Positions 1-6,918 of a stretch of DNA of 10,207 bases are shown here, in pieces (positions within the stretch are counted from its first letter, which is position 1; each line of letters begins with the position of its first letter). The stretch lies in the NCBI GenBank assembly GCA_046498225.1, contig JAWOBF010000120.1, positions 1 through 10,207 of the forward strand. The letters run 5' to 3'. The notes under the pieces are model-generated. The model worked only from the letters and a program-made list of their open reading frames with translations. It was not told the origin of the DNA and searched no databases. A program made the position numbers and the translations under genes. The DNA comes from Candidatus Aegiribacteria sp. Lineage in GTDB: Bacteria; Fermentibacterota; Fermentibacteria; Fermentibacterales; JCC-6.

Positions 1-476
1 AGGTAATCGGCCCCGAAGAACTCCCGGGCAAGCGCGGCCCGTTGAACTTCAGGACCCCGGCCCAGCTCCACCGGGTCATTGTATACCTGGATATTGTCGT
101 CCGTCATCTCGGTTAGCGCCCCTACCAGCTGCATGGACCGCTGCTGTCCATCGGGTCCGGGGAAGACCGATACGGCCATGGTAACGATTCCGTCCGTATC
201 CTCGGAAAGGGCGCGGTCCCAGTCCACACCGGTATCGATTATTCCCTGGGAAGAACCTCCGGGCTCTTCGGCAGCATTCTCGCCCGAATCCGTTATGGCG
301 TCGTACGCCAGGAACCCGCCCACCAGAAGGGCCAGTCCGATGGTGATGTAGGTCATGTCATTCGAATCGGTATCCGTGGTGGTGGAGCCGCCTCCACCGC
401 TGTCCGCCGCCACCGATGATGTAAGGAGGAAGACCGCGGCAAGGACAGCCGCTGCGGTGCCTCTGTATTTAATCAT
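1..476 (-). CDS. Hypothetical exported/membrane protein, partial (3' end runs off the window start)
   Basis: Not in the ORF track. ATG at 476-474, 1 nt after the EF-G stop, with GAGGAAGAG upstream. The frame is open to the window edge: MIKYRGTAAAVLAAVFLLTSSVAADSGGGGSTTTDTDSNDMTYITIGLALLVGGFLAYDAITDSGENAAEEPGG...AREFFGADY. It shows a signal-peptide-like N-terminus, a G/S/T/D linker, a second hydrophobic helix and then an acidic domain. Confidence 0.85.
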   Translation of the reverse strand, partial: MIKYRGTAAAVLAAVFLLTSSVAADSGGGGSTTTDTDSNDMTYITIGLALLVGGFLAYDAITDSGENAAEEPGGSSQGIIDTGVDWDRALSEDTDGIVTMAVSVFPGPDGQQRSMQLVGALTEMTDDNIQVYNDPVELGRGPEVQRAALAREFFGADY

Positions 477-477
477 T

Positions 478-2535
478 CTACTCTTCCTCGGAACGGGCTT
501 CCTCCATGATCTTCACCTGTATGTCCCTGGGTACCGGCTGGTATCCCTCGAAGCTCTGAACGAAGCTGCCCCTTGCCTGGGTAAGTGATTTGAGGGTGCT
601 TGTATACTGGAAAAGCTCCGCTTCGGGAACGCTGGCCTTTATCACCTGGAACGCTCCCTCCGCCTCTATTCCCTGTATGCGACCCCTCCGCGAGGTCAGG
701 TCGCTCATTACATCACCCATGAACTCCTCAGGTACAGTAACCTCCAGGATCACTATCGGTTCCAGGAGGCTGGGGCCGGCGTTGAGCATCACATCCTTGA
801 AGCACTTGCTGGAAGCTATCTTGAAGGCCATGTCCGATGAGTCCACCGGATGGTATGACCCGTCGAAGACCACAGCCTTTATGTCCACGACCTTGCTCTT
901 TGATATGGGGCCCTTCTTCATCGATTCCACGACGCCCTTTTCCACGGCGGGTATGAAGTTGGTGGGAACGTTGCCCCCCACCACTTCGCTCACGAACTCG
1001 AAGCCCTCTCCCCTGGGAAGAGGCTCCAGTCTCAGGAAGACATGGCCGTACTGTCCCCGGCCGCCGGTCTGCTTCTTGTGCTTGTAGGAGCCCTCCGCCT
1101 TCCTGGTGATGGTCTCGTGGTAGGCTATTCTGGGCTTGAATGTCTGGGTTTCCACTCCGGTGGATTCCTTCAGTCTGCTGAGCATGACCTGCAGGTGAAG
1201 CTCGCCCATGCCCGAGAGAGTGGTCTGACCTATCTCCGACTCGTTCCTCAGTATCAGGGTGGGATCCTGGGCCGCCAGGACCGAAAGGCCGGAGCCCATC
1301 TTATCCTCGTTGCCCCTGTCCTTCGGAGCTATAGCCACCCGGTATACCGGCTCAGGGAAGACGATGGGGTCCAGTATCACGTTGCTTCCCTTTTTTGCCA
1401 GGGTGTCGTTGGTGGAGGTGTTCTTGAGCTTGGCCAGGGCCGCTATGTCTCCCGTTACCAGCCTGTCGGCGTTCGTCCTGTTGCTGCCGGTCATGAAATA
1501 GTAGTTGCCCAGCCTCTCGGAGGCGTTCCTGGTGGTGTTGGATATGTCCGTGGTGCCCTCTATCCCACCGCTGCAGACCCTGACGAAGACGATTTCGCCC
1601 ATGTGGGTGTCTATGCGGCTGTTGAACACCCTGGCCACGAAGGGGCCGTTCGGGTCCGGCGCAACTTCGACCCTTTCCTCCCCGTCGGTGGCTGGAATGG
1701 GCGGGAATTCCAGGGGCGATGGTATGAAATCGGGTATCGAATCCAGAAGGAACTCCTGCCCCACAGGAGGGATGGCCAGGCCGCAGAAGACAGGGAAGAA
1801 GCTTCTTGACGATACCGCCGCCTTCAGACCCCTGTTCATCTCCTCCTCGGACAGGGTGTCATTCTCGAAGAACGATTCCATCAGTTTCTCGTCCGTCTCC
1901 GCGGCGGCCTCTATGAGAGAGAGACGGTAGGTCTCCAGATCATCCTGTGCCGATTCGGGGACTGGTATCTCCTTCCCCTGGGAGTCCACGGCTTTTCCGG
2001 TGAGCACGTTGACCACACCTGAAAATACTCCGTTGTCCATGACCGGGAAGGTGACGGGAACCGCGCTCTTGCTCAGGCTGTCCCTGATGTTCTCCAGGAC
2101 CCTGGTGAAATCGGCGTTGTCCCGGTCCACCCGGTTGACCCATATGAGAAGGGGCTTCCGGTTCTCCGCCGCGAAGTCCCACGTCTTGAGGGTCCCAACC
2201 TCCACTCCGTCTGTTCCGTCCACTACCAGCACGACCCCGTCGGCCACGGTTACGGCGCCTATTGTTGCGCCGTGGAAATCCGCGAGCCCGGGGGTGTCTA
2301 TGATGTTTATCTTGTACCCGTCATGCTCCAGTATTCCCATGGAGGAGGAGAGGCTGTGCTGCCTCTCGCGGCTCTCCGCGGAGTAGTCGAAATGGCTCGA
2401 GCCCTTGTCCACGCTACCCAGCCGCTCCACACCCCCGCCTTTGAAGAGAAGAGCGTCACACAGGCTTGTCTTGCCCACGGAACCGTGTCCAATGACCGCG
2501 ATGGTCCTCAGCTTGTCAGAATTGTAGTCCTTCAA
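478..2535 (-). CDS. fusA: Elongation factor G paralogue (EF-G2 / EF-G II subfamily)
   Basis: 685 aa. TTG start with AGGAG 7 nt upstream. G1 GHGSVGKTS, G3 DTPGLADF, G4 NRVD, domain III GMGELHL, domain IV KKQTGGRGQYGHV and DGSYHPVDSSDMAF, domain V LLEPI and SRRGRI. No rpsL/rpsG/tuf neighbours, and switch I is RQHSL rather than RGITI, so this is a secondary paralogue (fusA2-like). Confidence 0.95.
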   Translation of the reverse strand: MKDYNSDKLRTIAVIGHGSVGKTSLCDALLFKGGGVERLGSVDKGSSHFDYSAESRERQHSLSSSMGILEHDGYKINIIDTPGLADFHGATIGAVTVADGVVLVVDGTDGVEVGTLKTWDFAAENRKPLLIWVNRVDRDNADFTRVLENIRDSLSKSAVPVTFPVMDNGVFSGVVNVLTGKAVDSQGKEIPVPESAQDDLETYRLSLIEAAAETDEKLMESFFENDTLSEEEMNRGLKAAVSSRSFFPVFCGLAIPPVGQEFLLDSIPDFIPSPLEFPPIPATDGEERVEVAPDPNGPFVARVFNSRIDTHMGEIVFVRVCSGGIEGTTDISNTTRNASERLGNYYFMTGSNRTNADRLVTGDIAALAKLKNTSTNDTLAKKGSNVILDPIVFPEPVYRVAIAPKDRGNEDKMGSGLSVLAAQDPTLILRNESEIGQTTLSGMGELHLQVMLSRLKESTGVETQTFKPRIAYHETITRKAEGSYKHKKQTGGRGQYGHVFLRLEPLPRGEGFEFVSEVVGGNVPTNFIPAVEKGVVESMKKGPISKSKVVDIKAVVFDGSYHPVDSSDMAFKIASSKCFKDVMLNAGPSLLEPIVILEVTVPEEFMGDVMSDLTSRRGRIQGIEAEGAFQVIKASVPEAELFQYTSTLKSLTQARGSFVQSFEGYQPVPRDIQVKIMEEARSEEE

Positions 2536-2606
2536 ATCAAAACTCCTGTCCGAACTTGTTCACAGCGGGAAACGTTACTAATATTCGTACTGTTCTTAAG
2601 GGAGCA

Positions 2607-2638
2607 TATTACTTACGCATGAAAGACGCTTCTGTCAA
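2607..2638 (-). promoter_or_regulatory. Candidate sigma70 promoter for EF-G2
   Basis: Perfect TTGACA on the minus strand (2638-2633), followed after 17 nt by AT-rich TAAGTAATAT, inside the AT-rich divergent intergenic region. The -10 match is imperfect. Confidence 0.4.
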
Positions 2639-2639
2639 C

Positions 2640-2648
2640 TGTTATGTT
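2640..2648 (+). promoter_or_regulatory. Candidate extended -10 element for the zinc-ribbon gene
   Basis: TG-T-TATGTT about 40 nt upstream of ATG 2688. ATGAAA at 2619-2624 is a possible weak -35. Confidence 0.3.
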
Positions 2649-2687
2649 ACCGGAGCGATCCTGAATTCTTACGAGGGAGAAAGCCGT

Positions 2688-3023
2688 ATGAACACAGCCC
2701 GCCTGCTTCTTCTCCTGGTCGGAGTTGCGTTCCTCTGGTTCATCATCCGCCAGATGGTGGAACACTGGCTGCGACCGCCGGAAAGGGAGAAGGAGTACAG
2801 GGAGATAGACGCGGAGGAGAGGGCCATCGAAAGGGAAGCGGGGGACAATATACCCCACTGCCCCGTCTGCGGAAGCCCCACCAGGCTGCACAGGTACCCC
2901 CACATAACGGTCTGGCGCTGCCTGGATTATCCCGAATGCAGAGGTTTCGTCAGGGCGAAGAAGCCCAGAAGACCCAGGTTCGCCGCGGAATGGGACAGGA
3001 AGAGAAAGAAGAGGGACAGCTGA
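2688..3023 (+). CDS. Small membrane-anchored protein with topoisomerase-type C4 zinc ribbon
   Basis: Start moved from 2556 to ATG 2688 because of RBS GAGGGAG at 2673-2679. 111 aa: N-terminal TM helix (LLLLLVGVAFLWFII), charged linker, CPVCG-x-WRCLDYPECRGF matching the zf-C4_Topoisom pattern (CPxCG...CxxYPxC), and a very basic C-tail. Confidence 0.8.
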   Translation: MNTARLLLLLVGVAFLWFIIRQMVEHWLRPPEREKEYREIDAEERAIEREAGDNIPHCPVCGSPTRLHRYPHITVWRCLDYPECRGFVRAKKPRRPRFAAEWDRKRKKRDS

Positions 3024-3028
3024 AACCG

Positions 3029-3057
3029 TTGCGCCGTCCGGCAGGCGGTTATAGATT
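3029..3057 (+). promoter_or_regulatory. Candidate sigma70 promoter of the oxidoreductase operon
   Basis: TTGCGC (3029-3034), 17 nt spacer, TAGATT (3052-3057), 43 nt upstream of the GTG start. RBS AGGAGG at 3091-3096. Confidence 0.5.
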
Positions 3058-3100
3058 GAGCATTCCGCATCCACAGACCCCATATCGTTAAGGAGGAGCA

Positions 3101-5191
3101 GTGTCATCCGGTGACAAGAGGATCCGCAGGCATCCCATCCTGCCCGAGCCCGAAGCCAGAGAGGTCGGTTTTTCGTTCAACGGTGTCCCCATGACGGGCA
3201 TGGAGGGGGAGGCGGTTTCCTCCGCCCTCTTCGCCCGGGGAGTCCAGGTATTCGGCCACCATCACGCGGACCGGAGCCCCCAGGGAATGTTCTGCGCCAA
3301 CGGCCAGTGTTCCCAGTGCACTCTGCTGATAGACGGCATACCCCTGAAGAGCTGCATAGTTCCTTTGAAAGAGGGGATGGAGGTGCGGAGCCTGGAGGGG
3401 CTCCCCGAACTGCTGGAGCTTTCCGGCCCCGGGGTGAAGCCGCCGGTCACCGTCGATACCCGGGTGCTCATACTGGGGGGCGGGCCCTCCGGAATGGCGG
3501 CCGCCATAGAGCTGGGTCAAAGGGGCATACAGACCATCATAGTTGATGACAAGGACCGGCTCGGGGGAAAGCTGGTGCTGCAGACACACAAGTTCTTCGG
3601 CTCCGTGGCGGACTGCCACGCCGGGACCCGTGGGATCAGGATAGCGGAGATGCTGGAAGAGCGCAATTGCGGAATGGATGCCGTGGACGTCTGGCTGGAG
3701 AGCGTGGTGCTGGGAGTGTTCAGCGACGGGACCGTGGGTGTCAGGTGCTCCGACGGGTACAGGATGGTCAGGCCGGAATACCTGCTGGTGGCGACCGGCG
3801 CAAGGGAGAAGTCACTCCCCTTCCCTGGCTGCACCCTTCCGGGGGTCTACGGAGCCGGAGCCTTTCAGACCCTGGTGAACAGGGACCTGGTGAGGTGCGC
3901 AGAGAGGATATTCGTGCTGGGCGGCGGAAACGTGGGCCTTATCGGGGCGTACCACGCACTTCAGGCCGGAATGACGGTCGTGGGTCTGGCGGAGGCTATG
4001 TCCTGCTGCGGCGGCTACAAGGTGCACGCGGACAAGATAAGGAGGCTGGGCATACCCATCTATACCGACCATACGGTGCTGGCAGCCCACGGGACGGAAA
4101 AACTGGAGGCCGTGACGGTGGCCGGCGTGGACCCCTCTTTCAGACCGATCCCGGGCACCGAGAAGAGCTGGCGGGTGGACACCCTGCTGGTGGCGGTTGG
4201 ACTGAACCAGGTGGACGAGTTCTACAGGAAGGCACTGTCCTTCGGCATGAAGGCCATGGTGGCGGGCGACTCGGAGGAGATAGCCGAGGCCAGCGCCGCC
4301 ATGTTCAACGGAAGGATAAGGGGGCTGCAGATAGCCGATGAACTGGGGGAGGCGGGAATATCCATCCCGGAGGACCTGCACGAGAAGGCGGAGGTTCTCA
4401 AGAGCCCCGGCGGGGAGGTCCATCCCTACCGGCCGCCGGACGGGAACCGGGAGGGTGTCTTCCCCGTGCTCCACTGCATGCAGGAGATTCCCTGCAACCC
4501 CTGCATGACCAGCTGTCCCAAGGACCTCATCGGAACCTCGGGCCATCCCATCATGGGCATTCCCGAGTATTACGGCGGCTGCATCGGCTGCGAGAGGTGC
4601 GTGGCGGTGTGCCCCGCCCTGGCGGTCACTCTGGTGGATTACAGGAAGTCCCCCGAAACGCCGGTGGTCACCGTTCCCTTCGAACTCGGCGAATGGATGC
4701 TGGAGGAGGGCGGTGAGGTTACCGCCACCGACTGGGAGGGACAGGCTCTGGGCAAAGCCGTGATAAAGAGCTGGAAGAGTGCCGCCGGATTCGAGAAGAC
4801 CCTTCTGGTAAAACTGGAGACACCGGCGGAAATAGCCGCCAGGACGGTTGGCTTCAGAATTCAGGAACCGGAGGACATCGCTCCCCTTGAAGAGCCGCTG
4901 CCGGTTCCCATGCCCGATGACGCCATCGTATGCAGGTGCGAGAGGGTCAGCGCCGGGGAGATAAGGAAGCACATCAGGGCGGGCATCAGGGACCTCAACA
5001 GGCTCAAGGCCCTTACCAGGGCGGGTTTCGGGGCATGCGGGGGGAAGACCTGCTCCACCCTCATACAGAGGATATGCCGGGAGGAGGGAATACCGGACGA
5101 AGAGGTTACTCCGCTTACCGACCGGCCCCTGTTCGCCGAGACCCGTCTGGGCTGGTTCGCCGGAGAGGAGGACCGCCATGGCAGGCAGTAA
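3101..5191 (+). CDS. Multidomain Fe-S/FAD-NAD(P) oxidoreductase, sarcosine oxidase alpha / proline dehydrogenase alpha-like (2Fe-2S + pyridine nucleotide-disulfide oxidoreductase + 2x[4Fe-4S] + BFD-like 2Fe-2S)
   Basis: 696 aa, GTG start with AGGAGG RBS. CANGQCSQC...KSC (3293-3355), GGGPSG and LGGKL FAD-binding motifs, ATGARE, second dinucleotide motif GGGNVG, CMQEIPCNPCMTSCP plus CIGCERCVAVCP (4475-4615), and CRCERV...GACGGKTC (4931-5053). Confidence 0.9.
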   Translation: MSSGDKRIRRHPILPEPEAREVGFSFNGVPMTGMEGEAVSSALFARGVQVFGHHHADRSPQGMFCANGQCSQCTLLIDGIPLKSCIVPLKEGMEVRSLEGLPELLELSGPGVKPPVTVDTRVLILGGGPSGMAAAIELGQRGIQTIIVDDKDRLGGKLVLQTHKFFGSVADCHAGTRGIRIAEMLEERNCGMDAVDVWLESVVLGVFSDGTVGVRCSDGYRMVRPEYLLVATGAREKSLPFPGCTLPGVYGAGAFQTLVNRDLVRCAERIFVLGGGNVGLIGAYHALQAGMTVVGLAEAMSCCGGYKVHADKIRRLGIPIYTDHTVLAAHGTEKLEAVTVAGVDPSFRPIPGTEKSWRVDTLLVAVGLNQVDEFYRKALSFGMKAMVAGDSEEIAEASAAMFNGRIRGLQIADELGEAGISIPEDLHEKAEVLKSPGGEVHPYRPPDGNREGVFPVLHCMQEIPCNPCMTSCPKDLIGTSGHPIMGIPEYYGGCIGCERCVAVCPALAVTLVDYRKSPETPVVTVPFELGEWMLEEGGEVTATDWEGQALGKAVIKSWKSAAGFEKTLLVKLETPAEIAARTVGFRIQEPEDIAPLEEPLPVPMPDDAIVCRCERVSAGEIRKHIRAGIRDLNRLKALTRAGFGACGGKTCSTLIQRICREEGIPDEEVTPLTDRPLFAETRLGWFAGEEDRHGRQ

Positions 5192-6332
5192 CTACGATGT
5201 AATCATCGCCGGCGCTGGAAGCGTGGGAACGCCTATGGCCATGAGCCTGGCCCGGCGGGGAGTGAAAGTACTCTGCCTGGACTCTGAAGCCTCCGCCGGC
5301 CAGGGCAACAACAAGTGCGCCATAGGCGGTGCGAGGGCGACTCACAGCGAACCCGCCAAAGTTATCCTGGGTCTTCGCTCGCTCTCTGTCTTCCGCACCT
5401 GGAAGGAGGAGCACGGGGACGACATAGGCTGGCACCAGGGCGGGTACACCTACGTCGCGTACGATGAGGAGACCATGGAGCTTTTCAGGAGCACCGTCCC
5501 GCAGCAGCAGGAGGCCGGACTGAACATAAACCTGATAGATGCCGAAGAAATGACGCGGCTGGTGCCCGGCATCAACCCCGAGGGTCTTCTGGGAGGCACA
5601 TGGTCGCCGGAGGACGGAAGCGCAAGCCCCATGACCAGCTGCTACGCCTTTTACCGCAAAGCGGTGGAGCTGGGGGCGGAGTTCCGCTTCCGGGAGAGGG
5701 TCACCGGTATGGAGACGTCAGGTTCCAGGGTCGCCTCCGTGAGGACCGACAGGGGAAACTACGGCTGCGGCGCGGTGGTGAACTGCGCCGGCTCCTTCGC
5801 CACCGAGGTGGGAAGAATGGCCGGTGTGGACCTCCCTGTCTATCCGGAGAGCCATGAGGCCGGAGTGACCGAACCGGTCAGAAGGCTGTTCGACCCTATG
5901 GTGGTGGACATACGCAGGGCCCCGGGGTCGGCCAACTACTACTTCTATCAGCACGATACCGGCCAGGTGGTGTTCTGCATAACACCGGACCCCCCTATAC
6001 CCGGAACGGACATACGTGAGACATCGGAGTTCCTGCCACTTGTGGCTCCGAGGATGACCGGCCTCTACCCCAGGCTTGCCAATCTGAAGGTCAGAAGGGT
6101 CTGGCGGGGAATATATCCCATGTCGCCGGACGGTTCTCCCATACTGGACAGGGTGGGTCCGGACAATCACTACGCCGCCGTGGGCATGTGCGGACAGGGA
6201 TTCATGCTGGGCCCGGGAATAGGAGAGGTGATGGCAAGGACCATTACCGGGGGGGATACGGAAGAGGACCGGCAGGTGCTGCGCGAGCTGCGCCTGGACC
6301 GGGGCTTCACCTCACAGGAGGCCCTGAAGTAG
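5178..6332 (+). CDS. FAD-dependent amino-acid oxidoreductase, DAO family (sarcosine oxidase beta / proline dehydrogenase beta-like)
   Basis: 384 aa. DVIIAGAGSVG Rossmann motif, VVNCAG, WRGIYPMSPDGSPIL, GMCGQGFMLGPGIG. Overlaps the upstream gene by 14 nt, with GAGGAGG RBS. Confidence 0.92.
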   Translation: MAGSNYDVIIAGAGSVGTPMAMSLARRGVKVLCLDSEASAGQGNNKCAIGGARATHSEPAKVILGLRSLSVFRTWKEEHGDDIGWHQGGYTYVAYDEETMELFRSTVPQQQEAGLNINLIDAEEMTRLVPGINPEGLLGGTWSPEDGSASPMTSCYAFYRKAVELGAEFRFRERVTGMETSGSRVASVRTDRGNYGCGAVVNCAGSFATEVGRMAGVDLPVYPESHEAGVTEPVRRLFDPMVVDIRRAPGSANYYFYQHDTGQVVFCITPDPPIPGTDIRETSEFLPLVAPRMTGLYPRLANLKVRRVWRGIYPMSPDGSPILDRVGPDNHYAAVGMCGQGFMLGPGIGEVMARTITGGDTEEDRQVLRELRLDRGFTSQEALK

Positions 6333-6354
6333 TTCAAAACATGCAGACCGGCTA

Positions 6355-6409
6355 AGCTGACTGGACTATATCCGTTCTGAAGCGTTGGATGTGTCGTCCA
6401 CTGTCAGCT
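6355..6409 (+). terminator. Long imperfect hairpin between convergent genes (terminator or 3'-end processing/stabilising element)
   Basis: AGCTGAC(6355-61)/GTCAGCT(6403-09), TGGAC(6362-66)/GTCCA(6396-6400), and TATATCC(6367-73)/GGATGTG(6387-93) with G-U pairs. No U-tract follows. Confidence 0.5.
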
Positions 6410-6821
6410 AGAAGCAGAGCAGCACCCCGGCTATTATGGCCAGGCCCATTCCCGCGCCCCTGGCCGGGGTTATCTTCTCGCTCAGTATTATCGCACCGTA
6501 GAGAACGGGTATAAGAGGGTAGAGGGCGGTGAGAGATATGGTCGAGCTGAGGGGGCCGCAGGAGAGAGCCTTCTGGAACGCCGCGACCGCCAGGCCTCCG
6601 GAAAGGCCCGCGGCCGCCGCCAGCACAATTCCGCCCGGCGGGACGTTCCGCACGGTGGACCCTGACAGCAGGAACATTCCGGCGATTATACCGAAGGAGA
6701 CGATGGAGTAGAAGAGCAGCGAGGGCCAGTGCCCCAGCCTGTCCGCCGCGAGCTTGGCGGTTATTCCCCAGATGCCCCACAGCAGAGTGGCGGCCAGAGC
6801 GAACAGCATGGATCTGGACAT
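6408..6821 (-). CDS. EamA/DMT-superfamily transporter, single-repeat form
   Basis: Start moved from 7004 to ATG 6821 (RBS GAGGGAG 5 nt upstream). 137 aa, about 5 hydrophobic helices, LLWGIWGITAK at the N-terminus and ALYP...ILSEKIT...GMGLAIIAGVLL at the C-terminus, typical of EamA. Confidence 0.9.
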   Translation of the reverse strand: MSRSMLFALAATLLWGIWGITAKLAADRLGHWPSLLFYSIVSFGIIAGMFLLSGSTVRNVPPGGIVLAAAAGLSGGLAVAAFQKALSCGPLSSTISLTALYPLIPVLYGAIILSEKITPARGAGMGLAIIAGVLLCF

Positions 6822-6918
6822 GTATACTCCCTCTTCCCGAAACTGTTTTGTATACTTTCGGTTAATACTTCCGAAGACAGGTCTATTTTTTATTCTGGAT
6901 CCATCATGGAGGAAACCC

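Noticed and set aside
478..2535. Canonical housekeeping fusA or a TetM/TetO ribosomal protection protein
   Set aside because: It lacks AHIDAGKTT/RGITI/DTPGH, which both canonical EF-G and TetM/TetO retain in close form, and there is no str operon context. The domain IV loops are EF-G-like.
79..2622. Plus-strand ORFs (79-351, 355-588, 590-1087, 1042-1809, 1505-1930, 2000-2386, 2272-2622 and others)
   Set aside because: They are antisense shadows of EF-G2 and its downstream gene, with no recognisable motifs. Such ORFs are expected in GC-rich DNA.
2556..2687. N-terminal extension of the zinc-ribbon ORF as given in the track
   Set aside because: It spans the AT-rich divergent promoter region. 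A clear RBS precedes ATG 2688, which begins the TM helix.
3021..3052. TGA followed by a weak hairpin (AACCG...CGGTT) as a possible selenocysteine/SECIS signal
   Set aside because: The protein appears complete with all four Cys ligands, the stem is weak, and the region is better explained as a promoter.
3812..5179. 455-aa minus-strand ORF
   Set aside because: It lies wholly antisense to the well-supported oxidoreductase and has no domain signature. It is a codon-bias shadow.
3101..6332. Specific call as hydrogen cyanide synthase (hcnABC) or tetrameric sarcosine oxidase (soxBDAG)
   Set aside because: There is no folate-binding GcvT-like domain and no soxD/soxG, and an extra 2x[4Fe-4S] module is present. 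Substrate cannot be assigned from motifs, so no gene symbol is given.
6330..6409. Amber read-through (pyrrolysine) at the DAO-family gene with a downstream hairpin
   Set aside because: The protein is full length for its family at the TAG, and read-through would hit TGA within about 16 codons.
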